Below are positions 63,513 through 64,000 of a DNA stretch of 64,000 bases, one piece after another (position 1 is the first letter of the stretch; each line of letters begins with the position of its first letter). Origin of the DNA: an uncultured Acidobacteriaceae bacterium (GTDB lineage: Bacteria; Acidobacteriota; Terriglobia; Terriglobales; Acidobacteriaceae); assembly GCA_963799155.1 (NCBI GenBank), contig CAWCWB010000017.1, forward strand, positions 980 to 64,979, given 5' to 3'. The notes below the pieces were generated by a model. The model was given only the letters and a program-made list of their open reading frames with translations. It searched no databases and had not been told where the DNA came from. A program made the position numbers and the translations under genes.

Positions 63513-64000
63513 TCACATGGCGTGCCAGGTCATGTCGACGCGGACGGGGATCTCGTTTTTGATGGGCACGGTGAGGAACGAGGGGCGGTCGATGTTGAAG
63601 TCGGAACAGGTGAGAGGAATGGTTCCGGTGATGCGCACTTCACTTCCCTGCTGGGTGCGCTCGAAGGGAACTTTAGAGTAGCGGGTGGTTTGGCCGGCGA
63701 ACTGGACTTCGAGATCGGCGTGAATCCATTGCTGGGCGGATTCGGCCTGTGGGAAATGGGCGCGGACGACAATCATAGGAAACTGCGCACCGCGCGTGGC
63801 CTCGATCATGTGCAGGTCGCGGTTGGTGTCGCCGGAGTCGAACGTTTTAACGGGAACAGCAATGAGGAAGTCGCACCAGCCGGCGTGGCAGATGCCTTTG
63901 CCCCTGGCGGCGTGGCTGGTGCCATCGACCTCGTGCATGGGATGCGACATGTGGTAGGTGAGCGTGCCCTGATCGACGACCCAGGTTGAGTCGGGCTGCG
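63513..64000 (-). CDS. YceI-like domain protein; N-terminus beyond the right window edge
   Basis: The frame stays open to position 64000 (..QPDSTWVVDQGTLTYHMSHPMHEVDGTS..VPVKTFDSGDTNRDLHM..), which is YceI-family-like. Confidence 0.6.
   Translation of the reverse strand, partial: QPDSTWVVDQGTLTYHMSHPMHEVDGTSHAARGKGICHAGWCDFLIAVPVKTFDSGDTNRDLHMIEATRGAQFPMIVVRAHFPQAESAQQWIHADLEVQFAGQTTRYSKVPFERTQQGSEVRITGTIPLTCSDFNIDRPSFLTVPIKNEIPVRVDMTWHAM

Overview
High-GC bacterial chromosome segment. Gene content and the dense dispersed hairpin repeats suggest Acidobacteriota, but that is an inference and no search was run. Core content includes a P-type ATPase (runs off the left edge), an M48 protease, a 7TM-SpoIIE phosphatase, an L-lactate permease, a NiCoT nickel/cobalt transporter, a B12-type radical SAM enzyme, sdhC-sdhA-sdhB, rdgB, rhaT, lexA, GH39, two OmpA-family proteins and a DUF1800/DUF1501 pair. 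A co-directional hopanoid block reads hpnA-hpnG-ADH-ADH-hpnC-hpnD. Lower-GC accessory patches hold an IS1595-family transposase, an atypical tRNA-like gene, a 965-aa fused N6-adenine methyltransferase (Type IIG-like candidate), vapBC and dinJ-yafQ. The main second-look items are as follows. (1) Two MDR Zn-dehydrogenases are translationally coupled to hpnG. One carries an N-terminal 11-residue repeat array encoded by 8 x 33-bp tandem repeats. They are candidates for the unassigned ribosylhopane-to-bacteriohopanetetrol reduction. (2) Three insertions are each flanked by diverged direct repeats copied from a gene terminus (NiCoT 3' end, GH39 3' end, hpnA 5' end). (3) Short-period (7/8/9-nt) tandem repeats sit at gene boundaries at ten or more loci, some with G-quadruplex-type spacing. 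(4) A modular hairpin repeat family is scattered through the intergenic DNA. (5) At least 13 frameshifts hit conserved genes and cluster non-randomly; they may be assembly indels or real decay. All coordinates were indexed by hand and may be off by a few nt. No database search or folding program was run.
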